A stretch of DNA of 64,000 nt, taken from Octopus sinensis. Lineage: Eukaryota. The notes under the pieces are model-generated. The model saw only the letters and a program-made list of their open reading frames with translations, had not been told where the DNA came from and did no database searches. Every line of letters begins with the position of its first letter. Positions within the stretch are counted from its first letter, which is position 1. The DNA is taken from NCBI RefSeq assembly GCF_006345805.1, contig NC_043014.1, forward strand, positions 53,816,001 to 53,880,000. The letters run 5' to 3'. A program made the position numbers and the translations under genes. This document shows, in pieces, positions 39,814-53,012 of the stretch.

Positions 39814-41510
39814 ATGTCGACCAAGAAGAAAGCTCCAAAAATGGCCAAAAAACCTAGCAAAAAAAATGGTTTGACTCCATTTTATTTTTTGACGTTACAT
39901 TATGTTGCTGTTGTCGTCGTCGTCTTCGTGTTGTTGTTGTTGTTGCTGATGTTTTCATTGCCCTTGTTGTTGTCGTTGTTGTTTCCAGGTCAGCCCTTTT
40001 TAGCGGATCTGGGAGTAAATAATAACAATCCCATCATACCCTCACGCATAAGTGTATCTAGGATTACATTATTCAGAGAGACCTTCTAGTTTTAAAACTG
40101 TTGACCGAAATTTGAGTAAGATTTGGCTGCTATTTCAAGCAAGACAAACGTCTCTTCTTTCTTACCGACCAGTGTCTGCCTGCCCCCCCCCCCCCCGTCT
40201 CTTGCTTCTTCTGTTGGTTGGTTTCTGGTGTTCTTGCTTTGGCGTTGTTCCCATTACAGCATCGTGGCTTTTTATTCCAGCAGTTGATTTCGTCTCGTGA
40301 CGAAGGGGATGAGTATTAAAAACCAACATACTTTTGCACATGGATTGAGTACTCCGTTCCTCATCCATAAGTGACATGTGATACACACACACACACACAC
40401 ACACACATACATAAACATTTATATACATGTCCAGTTCCTTGGTTTTGTGTTTATGTTTTCGTTTCTCATTGTGTTCGACGTTTTTTTTTTGGTGTCCTGT
40501 ACCCATATATGCATGTATATATACATGTAGATGTAGGTACGTACATATATGTATGTATATATGCATATGTTTTATTTATTAATTTATTATATATATATAT
40601 ATATATATATGCAACAGGCTTCTTTCAGTTTCTATTTACCAAATCCATTTTCAAGGCTTTACTCAGTTATGGTAGAAAACACCCAAAGTGACACTGCGGA
40701 ACTGAACGTGGAAGCATGTGGTTGGAAAGCATATATACGCATGTGTGTGTGTGTGTATATATATATATATCTTAGACATAAATTTCATAAACTCCAAAAT
40801 ATAAACATCCACCCTACCACACTTGAAACGTACCTGTTAGAACCCTTTCTCTCCATTTGAATGTAGGGGAAGAAATTTATAATGGCTGAACTTATTTCTG
40901 CAAATGTGTTAAACAATGATGCTGATCAATAAGCGTAGGGGCGAGGCAAATGCTGTAAAAATAGAGGGCGGGGTCAGTGGGGCCCTAATTAAGTGGCCCT
41001 TCAGAAATTGAACCCCCTTACGATACTCCCTGGGAGTTTGTGGTATGAAATTCATTGTCATTGCTCCGACTTGGTCGCCAGTGCAATGTATTTAGCAGTA
41101 AAAATAGTGGAGTGAGTGGGGCCCCAATTAGGCAGCCCTTAAAAAAAGAGATCCCCTTAGGACATTCCCTGGGATTAGGGGATTTGCTGGTTCAAGTCTC
41201 ATTGTCCTTGCACTAATGGTTTAAAAAAGAGAAATCCAGATTTTTCTCTTTTTTTCCCAGTTTTCACAATGAAAAATATAATGGTTGGTTTTATTGTTGT
41301 TGTTATTATTGTTGTTCTTGTTGTTGTTGTAGTACTAGACATGCAAGCTTATGAAGACAGACAAAAGGAGGAGAAATTCCAGAACTCAATTGTGGAACTG
41401 AATAATTTGAAAGAATATCTTGGTAAGAATTTTGACATTTATACTTTGGTAAAAGTTGGAAATGGGGAGAGAGAGAGAGAGTGTGTGTGTGTGTATGCAC
41501 ACTTTCAATA

Positions 41511-41542
<32 letters not shown>

Positions 41543-42157
41543 TACCTCTTTCCACTCCCTTCCTCTCACCATCCCTCTCCAGTTTTTGAGAATGAGAGAT
41601 ATTTGTTTTGTTTCTTTTTTATTCCGTCACTTCTTTAAAAGAACCAACCAACCAGTTGTCATGGCAACCACCAATGTGAACATTTCCATCACTGTTTTAC
41701 TCAAATGGTGATTTGTGAAATATATATATATATACTCTTTTATTCTTTTACTCTTTTACTTGTTTCAGTCATTTGACTGCGGCCATGCTGGAGCACCGCC
41801 TTCAGTCGAGCAAATCGACCCCGGGACTTATTCTTTGTAAGCCCAGTACTTATTCTATCGGTCTCTTTTGCCAAACCGCTAAGTGACGGTGACATAAACA
41901 CACCAGCATCGGTTGTCAAGCAATGCTAGGGGGACAAACACAGACAAATACACACACACATACATATATATATATACGACAGGCTTCTTTCAGTTTCCGT
42001 CTACCAAATCCACTTACAGGGCATTGGTCGGCCCGGGGCTATAGCAGAAGACACTTGCCCAAGATGCCACACAGTGGGACTGAACCCAGAACCATGTGGT
42101 TGGTTAGCAAGCTACTTACCACACAGCCACTCCTGCGTATATATATATATATATATG

Positions 42158-42192
<35 letters not shown>

Positions 42193-44585
42193 GTGTGTGT
42201 GTCTACATATAAACACACACACACATACATATATATATATACGACAGGCTTCTTTCAGTTTCCGTCTACCAAATCCACTTACAGGGCATTGGTCGGCCCG
42301 GGGCTATAGCAGAAGACACTTGCCCAAGATGCCACACAGTGGGACTGAACCCAGAACCATGTGGTTGGTTAGCAAGCTACTTACCACACAGCCACTCCTG
42401 CGTATATATATACACAAAAGGGGACACCCACACCCACACACCCACATGTATATGATGCGAATTAAACCCAGTAAACTTGTTGAATTCCAGCCCAACGCCA
42501 TTCGCTGCTTGTAAAGAGTGTGGCAAACAGGTCAGACTGTCACAAACGGCTGAACATGTTGAGGGTCGAACTGGAGACACAGAAAGGGGATTACAAGTCA
42601 GTTTCAGAGGGTAAGTGTTGTCTCTTCATTATTCTATTGTTTGGTGTCAAGTGTATGTATTTAGGGATCAGGGTGGTGACAAAGGAGAATGTTGAAATAG
42701 TAATTGCTTCTCTACAAATAGGGGTCACCTTTTATTTTCGTTTCTTGCTTCCGATGTTCTTCACTTCATTTTCTTCTCTTACAGACTCATTCTCTGAGAT
42801 TTGATGGTTTTATAAATCACTTAAAAAATTGTACACCCTGGTCAGAGAAACCCCACAATATTTCATTCATTTCCTTTGATGTCTCCTTTGAGGATCTGTT
42901 GAAAATCCTTATTCTTTTTGAGATGTATGTCCCTTTTTCTCTTTGCTCTGTCAACAGACCCCAATGCCACAATCTGTTATTTGTTTGAGATGGTTTTTAT
43001 ATTCAAAAGAATTTCTGTTTCATTAACAACTTTAGCAAATTTTGTGCCTTTGCTGCAGTCTTCATTGTGTTTGTGAAATTATCATTTTTCTTTTCTGTCT
43101 GGTATATAAATGTTTGTTTTTGCTTGCTTATATGTAATTTTTTTCCCATTTGACTTCATCAGTTTGAACATGTCTTGGACATGCCAAACTAATGGCACTT
43201 TCACACCTCTGGAGTTTATCCTGAAACAGTAATACTTCCTGGTAGCTCTTTCAGGTCAGATGTTTCTAGAACTGTGCAAAGTCTTCAGAGTGAACAGCTT
43301 CTGGAGTATTCTGTTCAGTTGATCTTTATTAATTCCTAAAACGTCTTTGATTATGTCACTACTCACATTCCCTGTTAATCCGCTTAAGAATGTAATAATC
43401 CACAAAGCCCTGACCTCGTTGCTCGACCAACAGAGAACAAGGATTGCATTCTGACAACATTCCCGATAACAGGTGCCTAGCTTTAATGTATTTGATCTGA
43501 TATCTCTTCCTAGAAATGAAACGACAGTACAAGACAATGGAATCAGAAATGAGTGTGAAGGTACACCTTCTGGAAACCAAACTGGCTTGTTGTAAGCAAA
43601 AGTTACGTAAGTATTCCTAGGTTGAATTTAGTTTTGTTTTGGTTTTCTGAAACAGAATTGATTGGCTTCTTCAAATGGTTAACTTTTGTTGCCATATTTC
43701 TCTTGATACAGACTTTGAATTAATTTCAAAAACAATGAAAAATTTAGTAAAATTATTTCTATTTCTTTATTGCCCACAAGGGGCTAAACATAGAGGGGAC
43801 AAACAAGGACAGACAAACGGATTAAGTCGATTATATCGACCCCAGTGCGTAACTGGTACTTATTTAATCGACCCCGAAAGGATGAAAGGCAAAGTCGACC
43901 TCAGCAGAATTTGAACTCACAACGTAGTGGCAGACGAAATACTGCTAAGCATTTCGCCCGGCATGCTAACATTTCTGCCAGCTCGCCGCCTTTTAGTAAA
44001 ATTATTTCGTTTTTATTAAGCTAGTGTTTCTATACACACAGCATGAAAGGCAGATGTTAAACGATAATGATAGTGATACATCACCATCATCATCATTTAA
44101 CATCCATTTTCCCTACTAACATGGGTTGGATGGTTTGACATGGAACTGGTAAGGTCAAGGCCCACACCAGGTCCCATAGTGTGTTTTGGCTTGGTTTCCA
44201 TGGCTGGATGCCCTTCATAATGTCAACCACTTGGCAGAGTGTAGCAGGTGCTTTTTACATGTCACATTGATTTTAGAATCTCAATTCTGTTGTGGTGGGC
44301 AGGTCTTCTCAAGTACAGCAATGTGCCACACACTCTGCTCCTCTGTCATCTCCTTCATAAGGGTCAGCATTTTGAGAATGACCTTCAGTACTTCGTCCCA
44401 TGTCTTCCAGGGTCTCCCTCTGCCACAACTTCCCTCCACTTTTATGCAGCTATCTGCTCTCATCCACATGTGTGTGTGTGTGTACATATATAATATATAT
44501 GTATGTGTGTGTGTGTGTGTATATATATGTATGTATGTATGTGTGTATGTATGTATGTATGTTTGTATGTATGTATGTGTGTGTG

Positions 44586-44620
<35 letters not shown>

Positions 44621-45507
44621 TTGTATGTATGTATGTATGTATGTATGTATGTATGTATGTATGTATGTATGTATGCCTGTATGTATGTATGTATGTATGG
44701 CATCCAGCTGTAGAAACTTTGCCAGACCAGATTGGAGCCTGGTGCAGCCCCCTGGCTTGCCAGCTCTCTGTCAAACCGTCCAACCCGTGCCAGCATGGAA
44801 AGCAGACGTTAAACGATGATGATGATGATGATGATATATGTATGTATATGTTCTTTTATTCCTTTACTCTTTTATTGTTTCAGTCATTTGACTGTGGCCA
44901 TGCTGGAGCACCACCTTTAGTCGAGCAAATCGACCCCAGGACTTATTCTTTGTAAGCCTAGTACTTATTCTATCAGTCAGTTTTGCCGAACCGCTAAGTG
45001 ACAGGGACGTAAACACACCAGCATCAGTTGTCAAGCAATGTTGGGGGGACAAACACAGAAACACAAACATATACACACACATACATATATATATATATAT
45101 ACGACGGGTTTCTTTCAGTTTCCGTCTACCAAATCCACCCACAAGGCTTTGGTCGGCCTGAGGCTATAGTAGAAGACACTTGCCCAAGGTACTACACAGT
45201 GGGACTGAACCTGGAACCATGTGGTTGGTAAGCAAGTTACTTACCACACAGCCACTCTGCGCCTAAAAAATATGGAACGCTTCACGAATTTGCATGATGA
45301 TGATATATATATATATACGACAGGCTTTTCTCAGCTTCTGTCTACCAAATCCACTCACATGGTTTTGGTCAGCATGCCGACTGCATGTCCAAGGTGCCAT
45401 GCAGTGGAACTGAACCCAGAACCATGTGGTTGGGAAGCAAGTTTCTTACCACGCAGCCACTTCTCTGCCTATGACATATGTATATACATATTTATATGTG
45501 TGTGTAT

Positions 45508-45558
<51 letters not shown>

Positions 45559-46012
45559 TGTAATTGCCAGACTATCAGATGTTGTTATACATCACTACTC
45601 ACAATGCACTTCCACGTATTGTTGTAGCTTTTGAATGATGTCCTGCAGCTGATAAGGCAGACAAACAGGCCAACATCCCCCATGAATGGAACTCCAGTCC
45701 ATCGTAGCTGGGTGGATTGGAGCAACATGAAATGAACACAACACTCTGTCTGGTCTGGGAATCAAACCCAGAACCTTGCAATTGCAAGTGCAACACCCTG
45801 ACCACTGAGCCACTAAATCATGGACAGTCACAGACACAGAAAAGACAAATGAAAGTTAATAAAAGTCTGGAAGATTCAGGTTCTTTTGGCCAGAGTTTTA
45901 GAAATGAAGTGACAAACAGTTTGTTGGTAAATCGAACAGACGGACAGACAAAATGCCGGCCAGCCAGAGAGATGGACAGAGGGACAGACGGACAGACAGG
46001 CAAGCTGGCAGG

Positions 46013-46050
<38 letters not shown>

Positions 46051-48649
46051 AATAATTGATAAAACTAAGTAACAGTAAAATTCAAAATTGAAGACTGTTT
46101 TTCGCAGGTGAAACAGAAGCAAAGCTGTTGAGTACACGAGCAGAAACGATGCAACATCTTAAAGAAAAACAGAAAGAAATCGATCTTCTTCACCACAAGC
46201 AAAATTCAATTCAGAGTTTCTATGAAAAAATAATTCATGTAAGGGCTCATGTGCCTAATCCTTGATTCTCAGTTTCCTTTTTTAATTAACATGCTGCTAT
46301 ATTTTCAGCCCCCAACTAACATTAACCTGACCCCTGTCATATTCTTCTGTCTTCATTAATTTTACCATTTGTTTCTCGGGATTTTTCTAATAATAAATTA
46401 ACTCTTATTTTTTTATATTTTGCTAACATTAAACTGTTTCTTATCTTCAATTTTCTCTTCAAATTAAACAATCAGTTTCTACTCAGTGTTATACCAACAT
46501 TAAGTCCCTATTTCTCAATATTCTTTTCACATAAAACTGCCCCCAAAAATCTTCTCTGGGTCAAAGAATGAATTTCATGGTTGTATGTCTTTCATTAAAT
46601 ATGAACGTATTCTTAAAAGAGTTTCGTAATGTCTGGGCAGACATCCTGGAACACATCTCATTCAACTTCATACAATTCTCTACCAAAATTACATTTTTAT
46701 TTGAATTTTTATCAATTTTTATCTTTTCCCACTTTTTTGTTGAGTCATTAACAATATGGAAGCCATGCAATTGGGAAGAAGGCAACAAAACAATTTCTCC
46801 AATAAAAGTCATCCCATTTATGCTGGGAGAGAAAAAGGAAAGAAAAGCATTTGAAAAAATTGTTGGTTAGAAGTATTCCAACCATAGTTATCCTGTCTTT
46901 TCCACAAATAATACATTCAAATTAAAATTATCCAATGTAGTCTTTTCCCAGAGGCAGTAAGGTGTGATTTGAGTAAATTTGGCTGTTATTTCTTAAAGCT
47001 TTATCCAATACATACAGGCTCCTTTGTTAATGTTTTTGGAAAGGTTATGTTCCTTCATATCAGTTGAGAACTTCTCTTCAAGTCAGTTGGGGCACCATCA
47101 TGGCACATGGCACCTCTTGGGCATTTCAAACCTTTCGTTACCCATGTTTCTCTTGACCATCTTTATTTCTATTGATTTGAATTTGTGGAAGAATTTAGTA
47201 AAATAACTTTCTCATTATTAAGCTGGTGTTTGGAACGTGAATTCACATGAAATTTTGAAGTAAGATTTAAATTTCGATCATTCTAAAAATAGAAAGTTTG
47301 TGTCATATAACCTTGGGCAGTGATGATGGGTAGAGTTTGGTATTGAAAGGAATGGGGACCAAAGATTACCATGGCTGAGTTTTTCAAAAGAGAAAGAGAA
47401 AGAGAGAAGAATAGTCCTGGATTAGTTCATTACTGCGTCCCCTGAGGGACGAAATGCGAAACTAAGCCCAGCACTGTTTGAACTTTGAGTGCCAAGAGCT
47501 GGAACCAATTCTACAAGATATTCTGTTTACTATTTTAAAATCTCTGCCACACACACACACATACACACACATTAGCCACATGATTAAGACATTTGTTCCT
47601 CAACCACATGGTTTTAGAGGTTTGGGGTTCAATCAAGCTGCGTGGTGCCTTGGTCGAGTGTCTTTGGCATAAAGGTCTTCTACTTCAGTAACCAAAGCTT
47701 TGTTAGTGAATTTGTTGGATAGAAACAGAAAGAAGACTATTGCTGGTGTGTGTGTGTGTGTGTACACACATTGCTACGCACACACACATGTATATATGTA
47801 TGTATATATTACTCACACACATTTATGTATATTATTGTTTAATTTAATGTTATTTATAGAAACAATCTAACATTATGCTGACAGATAACTCAGTATTGTT
47901 CAACAGAGTTGCTCAAGGGAAAGGTTGACTGACTTCAAAGTTTTGGCTTCATCAGAGGGTGATTCAATGTGGTTCTTTCTGGCTTTATACAGTGTTTGGT
48001 GGGGTTTTTTTAATATGTATAGTGAAAGTAAACAGGGGAAATAGTTGTAGAGGAAGAAGGTGGAACGGAGAAGGATAAGAAGCAAGTATGTGTTTGTAGG
48101 TATGACTTAATACAAATGTATGGTGAGGAGATTTATTTTGGTATGACACAGGAATAGTATTGTTGTTTTGGCTTCAGTCAAGTAAAGGAGTAAATAGATG
48201 TGTCATATTCAGGTCAGAATATTCTTTATGTGTAAGGTTGGTGTTTCTGTTTATAGATAATACATTTGGTCATACTGTTCAGATTGAACTGAGGTTGTAT
48301 TTGAGATTTCTATCTAGAAAGTTTTTTAAAGTTTGGATTGAGAAGGTTATGTCACAGTAAATATTCATAGTTACAATAAATTATTTTTATTATTATCAAT
48401 ATTATCATCATCATTATTAAGATAGCAAGTTGGCAGAATCGTTAGCATGCCAGACAAAATACTTAGTGGCATTTCATCTGTCTTTACACTGAGTTCAAAT
48501 TCTGCCTTTCGCCCTTCCAGGGTCAATGAAATAAGCATTAGTTGAGTACTGGGGTCGATGTAATTGTCTAACCACCTACTCACCCCACCCCTGCAAAAAA
48601 AATTTAAGGCTTTGCTTTTATCATAGAAAGGATCATTATTATTATTATG

Positions 48650-48687
<38 letters not shown>

Positions 48688-48855
48688 GCCTTAAATGAAA
48701 AACATTACTTTATTTGTTTATTCAAGCAAGTTTTCGATAACCTTGTGGTGCAAATCAATACAGGAAGAGATCATTTCGAAGGACACGGTGTAATGATTCA
48801 GGCCAGAAATAAGAAACTGCTTCTTGAATTTGGCTTAAATCCTCTTGATTTGTAA
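39814..48855 (+). CDS. CCDC153: CCDC153/DRC12-like ciliary coiled-coil protein, copy A, 6 exons, about 205 aa
   Basis: Exons 39814-39868, 41333(or 41339)-41422, 42491-42610, 43514-43606, 46108-46238 and 48727-48855 join in frame (phases 1,1,1,1,0). The protein has a Lys-rich N-terminus (MSTKKKAPKMAKKPSKKN), a coiled-coil body (EMKRQYKTMESEM..., YEKIIH) and a C-terminal EFGLNPLDL*. It aligns exon by exon with human CCDC153 as recalled (not BLAST-verified). RFX boxes nearby support a ciliary gene. Confidence 0.82.
41655..41668. promoter_or_regulatory. Second RFX X-box, in CCDC153 copy A intron 2
   Basis: GTTGTCATGGCAAC, one mismatch from GTTGCCATGGCAAC. Confidence 0.5.
41733..42402 (-). mobile_element. 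Long SINE with an exact tandem duplication of its 162-bp head
   Basis: 41976-42137 is identical to 42241-42402, and both are flanked by CA/TA microsatellites. Confidence 0.85.
43760..43991 (-). mobile_element. Full-length short tRNA-like SINE with a 17-bp target-site duplication
   Basis: TSD TTTAGTAAAATTATTTC at 43743-43759 and 43992-44008. Pol III A/B-box-like head (GGCAGAAATGTTAGCATG..., GAGTTCAAATT). Other copies lie near 5140, 29920, 33190, 36400, 48420, 59385 and 62975. Confidence 0.85.
44851..45264 (-). mobile_element. Long SINE copy in CCDC153-A intron 4
   Basis: Same head, core and tail as 17726-18116. Confidence 0.8.
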
Positions 48856-50284
48856 TATTTTGCCTCAAGATTTTCTGCTCCACAAGGTATGGCTTCACCT
48901 TTGTCTTCAGACAATTGTCTTCTCTTCGACAGGAAATGTTTAAAAAGGTTATTATAAGCAACCAAGGCTTTAATTAGGCATGCTTTAGTGGGGGCACGAG
49001 TTTGTTTGTAGGTTAGAGCTAAGGTCTTCATGTACAACATCCCCTACAGTGTCATTATTTAATATAGGAAGGTGTGATTGACTGCTATTTCCAGCAGAAT
49101 CAGAAGTCACATAGGGACTCTCTTTTTCTCTCCCATTGGTTTAGAGACACCAGATACAAGGGACTATTGACCCCAAAAGGGTCTTTTTTACTATACAAAG
49201 AATTGTCCTCACAAAGTAGGCATAGCCACTCGGCTAGAGTTATGTCCCTTGTTCCGAAACCCCGCAATCCGCTCTTTTCCAGACAAGAAAATGTCTCCAT
49301 GAGCACCTGGACTGCTGAAAATAGAAGCCAAATCTCCATCGTATCACACTACTGTACCAAAAATGCTTAATGTTGTCCAAGATAGACAATGCCTTAAAAT
49401 AACTTAAATGCTTTTGATCCCAGATCTCCTCGATCAGGACTGATCTCGGGGTTAAATAAGAATAAAAGCAAGTCTGGCTGTAACAGTATAATTTGATAAA
49501 TACGTTCCTTTGACTGCCGTGAGGAGCCCCATTTCTTTTGTTTGGGTGGTTAGAGAGTAAATGTGTCAAAGAAAATCTTGGACCTGGTTGGTTCACCGTT
49601 CACATTTGAGTTACGTCCCTTGCTCGATAATCTAACTAATGCAATCACAAAATTGTCCCTTTTAATCAGTTAGCTTTTAAAGTCCCTTGTTACAACAAAC
49701 CTAAAATATGCCCCAGCAGAGCATGTGGGGTGGGGGTGATGCGATCGGCTTACCCCTCTCCCACCCGAACATGCTGGCCTTGTGCCAAACTGGAAACCTT
49801 TATTACAACAAACAGAGAAATATTTCCAAATAAAAATACCAACAAAGTAAACAGTTTACTTCAGTTTGAATAATTCAACAATTTACACAATGGCAGCTGA
49901 TAGACGAAGGCTGGGCTGAGTGCCGCCCATCTTACTTTGAAGGGAGCTCATGAAAAGGGTTGAGTTCGTTATAGAATAACTGGGGAGTGAGATCATATTA
50001 ATTAAGATGAGATTGTTTTATATATTGGGTTGAGGCTGTTGTATTTTGAGTTAAAGTAGTTCTTGTGGGTTGAAGTCATTCTATGATGCATTGTGGCTGT
50101 CCTACATTGAGCTAAAACCGTATGTTGAGATCAAATTGTTAAAGTGAGTTTAATATAAGTTGTTGTGGAGGGACACCCAGGGTTTCAGAAGAGTTCATTT
50201 TGGATTGATTTCAGCTGATAAATATATGTTGAGTCGCTATTTCTTGTAAACTGAATGGAGGTTGAAGCATGTCTGAGTTGGGAA

Positions 50285-50851
50285 TCATCTGGTTCTTAGT
50301 TTCTGCATGCTGGTCTCAGTTAAGTAGAAGAAGTGAAGGAATTGTTGCTGCTGCTGGGTCAGTCGCACATGGGTGCATCTAGAGAGGATGTGGTTCCATG
50401 CAGTCGTGTCATCCCACTGGTTCTTCTGTCAATACGTAGACATGTTCGGTATGAAAAAAGGGAGCCGAATAGAGAGGACATTGGTTAGGAATTGGACTGG
50501 CAACACAACAATAACCTTGGTCAAGACATTTAACTCTTGTTGGATCAGTATAACTAGTTGTAACTAGGTAGCATTTCTTAGGTACAGCTCCCGTTAATCT
50601 AACCAAAACAAGGATTTCATTAGCTTGCAGGAATGGACACACACACACACACTCATTCACACACTCACACACACACAAAGTTTGATTATAGTTATAAGGG
50701 TTACTTTATCTGTTGGTTAATTCATTTATCATTAATATCACGTGTCAGAGTATAATATCGTTTGTATATTATAAACTCCGTAATACTTATATCATTTATA
50801 TTATATATTACAAAGCATTTTCAGAATTCATACATCACTTATATATTATTC

Positions 50852-50888
<37 letters not shown>

Positions 50889-52969
50889 GGACATTTAGAT
50901 AGATATGCTCATATACATTTGTTTATATATGTATATAATATATATATAATTTATATGTCATCCAAATTCTATGGCATTTACAAGGCCTTTTTCTCATGCA
51001 TCCTTTACTATCCCAAATATTTATGTAATCCTTATAACAATATATTGTATCATGTATATAGTATTTATATATCAATTATAAAATATATATTATATAGCAT
51101 TAATAACATTTAAATATCTTGTATTTCATTAATTGAATCATTTATAAATTGTTTCATAAAACATTTCTATTTCGTGCATGAGATGAAATATTTACACTTT
51201 GTTAATAAAATATTCCTTTGTCCTTTAATTAAATCACAGAGAATGGAAGAGTAGAGTTGGCCTCACCATCATCAGATAACAAGCAACAATGATGGCACTT
51301 CTTGTCCGCCCAGCTTTACAATGGACATAAACACACTGACCAAGTTGTTGATAATAGCTGATGAATGCCAGAGCTTGGGTGACCTGCCACAAGCTGGGTG
51401 TCCCAATGAAATCTTCAACTTCCACTTGAAGGAAACCAACACCAAGATCCTTCCATTCCTTAGAAAGAAACATATATTTAAAGGAGAGTGAAAGAGAAGG
51501 AAAGAGAGAGGAAGAAGGAGAGAGAGAAAAAGTGTTAATAAAATTATTCTCTATAATTGCATTTTATAGTTATTTTCTAATTGTGGAATGCACCAACTAA
51601 AAATATACATTATCTTACTATGTAAAATGCGGTGCCTGTGTGTGTGTGTCGTCTGTGCATGGCCAAACCTCTGGATCAATCTGTACCATACTTGGGGTAT
51701 GTGAACAATTTGACATTGGAAATAAATAATATTGCTTTATGCATTCCCCGTGTCGGTGGCACGTAAAAAGCACCATCCGAATCGTGGCCGAAGCCAGCGC
51801 CGCCTCGACTGGCTTCCGTGCAGGTGACACGTAAAATGCACCAATCCGACCGTGGCCAATGCCAGCCTCGCCTAGCACCAGTGCAGGTAGAACGTAAAAA
51901 GCACCCACTACACTCACGGAGTGGTTGGCGTTAGGAAGGGCATCCAGCTGTAGAAAAATTGCCAGATAAGACCGGAGTCTGGTGCAGCCTTCTGGCTTCC
52001 CAGATCCCCGGTCGAACCGTCCAACCCATGCTAGCATGGAGAACGGACGTTAAACGATGATGATGATGATGATAACGTAAAGATTCATTTCAGCTGTTTT
52101 GCCAATGTCAACTTCCTGTGTCTGGTGTTCTGACGTAGTAACTAAATAACCGGCTATTTACACACACACACACGTATGTATACATCATTACAGTTGTGAA
52201 GGTTTCTAATAAAAAGAATTTCTAAAGGTACTTTCATTTTCTTTATATTCTTCTCCAGCTTTCTATTTCTCTAGCTGTATGTTCAGGTTCATTTCTGTAA
52301 AAATTTCCAAATGTCTACATGTCTGCTTCATATATCTTTATATATATTTATGTGTATGTAAATACATTCTACATGGAGATAGATACCTCTTTTTCATGTC
52401 AACAGGTCTGTTAAGATATATAGCTATGTGAACCTTAGAGTTAACTCTGCTGCCTACATTGAGATCCTCCTGGAAACAATTAAGCCCTAGACAGACAGTG
52501 TATGCAATGGAGGGCCACATGTGTTTCAGTAAGACTCTGTACTATCACACATGACTCTAGTAACACAGGAATGGATGGCTGGAAATATTTGTGATCACAT
52601 AATCCCTAACATTTGGCCTCCTAATTCCCCAGATCTCAATCCATTGGACTATTACATGTGGAGCATTGTCAAGAGAGAGGTCAATGAACATGTCCATAAC
52701 ACCAAAGATTCTTTGAAAGCTGCCATAGTCAGAGTAATGTCCAAAATGAACCAGGACCACTTGATTCGAGCATGTAGATGATTTAGATCTCATATAGAAG
52801 CAGTTGTTGGAGCTGAAGATGGCTTTATTGAATAACATTATAGAAAAGGAGGTTTATTTTTATCCTCATAGCAGTTTTTGATAAATAAAGTTATTATCTG
52901 TTATTATATATCTGTTTTTTATAAACATAAATCTATCCACAAATATCCTGTAGATGGATGGATGGATTA

Positions 52970-53012
<43 letters not shown>

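Noticed and set aside
40930-41210. Diverged tandem duplication of about 135 bp in CCDC153-A intron 1
   Set aside because: It is old, degenerate, non-coding and has no recognisable motif.
46561-46870. Overlapping 83-aa and 100-aa ORFs in CCDC153-A intron 5
   Set aside because: There are no recognisable motifs or convincing splice sites, and the true next exon is 48727-48855.
47880-48370. Possible Penelope-like retroelement relic on the minus strand
   Set aside because: Only a faint PTNT-like motif is visible, too degraded to call.
50409-50678. Cys-containing 89-aa minus-strand ORF before PTPMT1-B exon 4
   Set aside because: It begins in a GT microsatellite and ends out of frame within exon 4. 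The true exon starts at 50425 by homology with paralog A.
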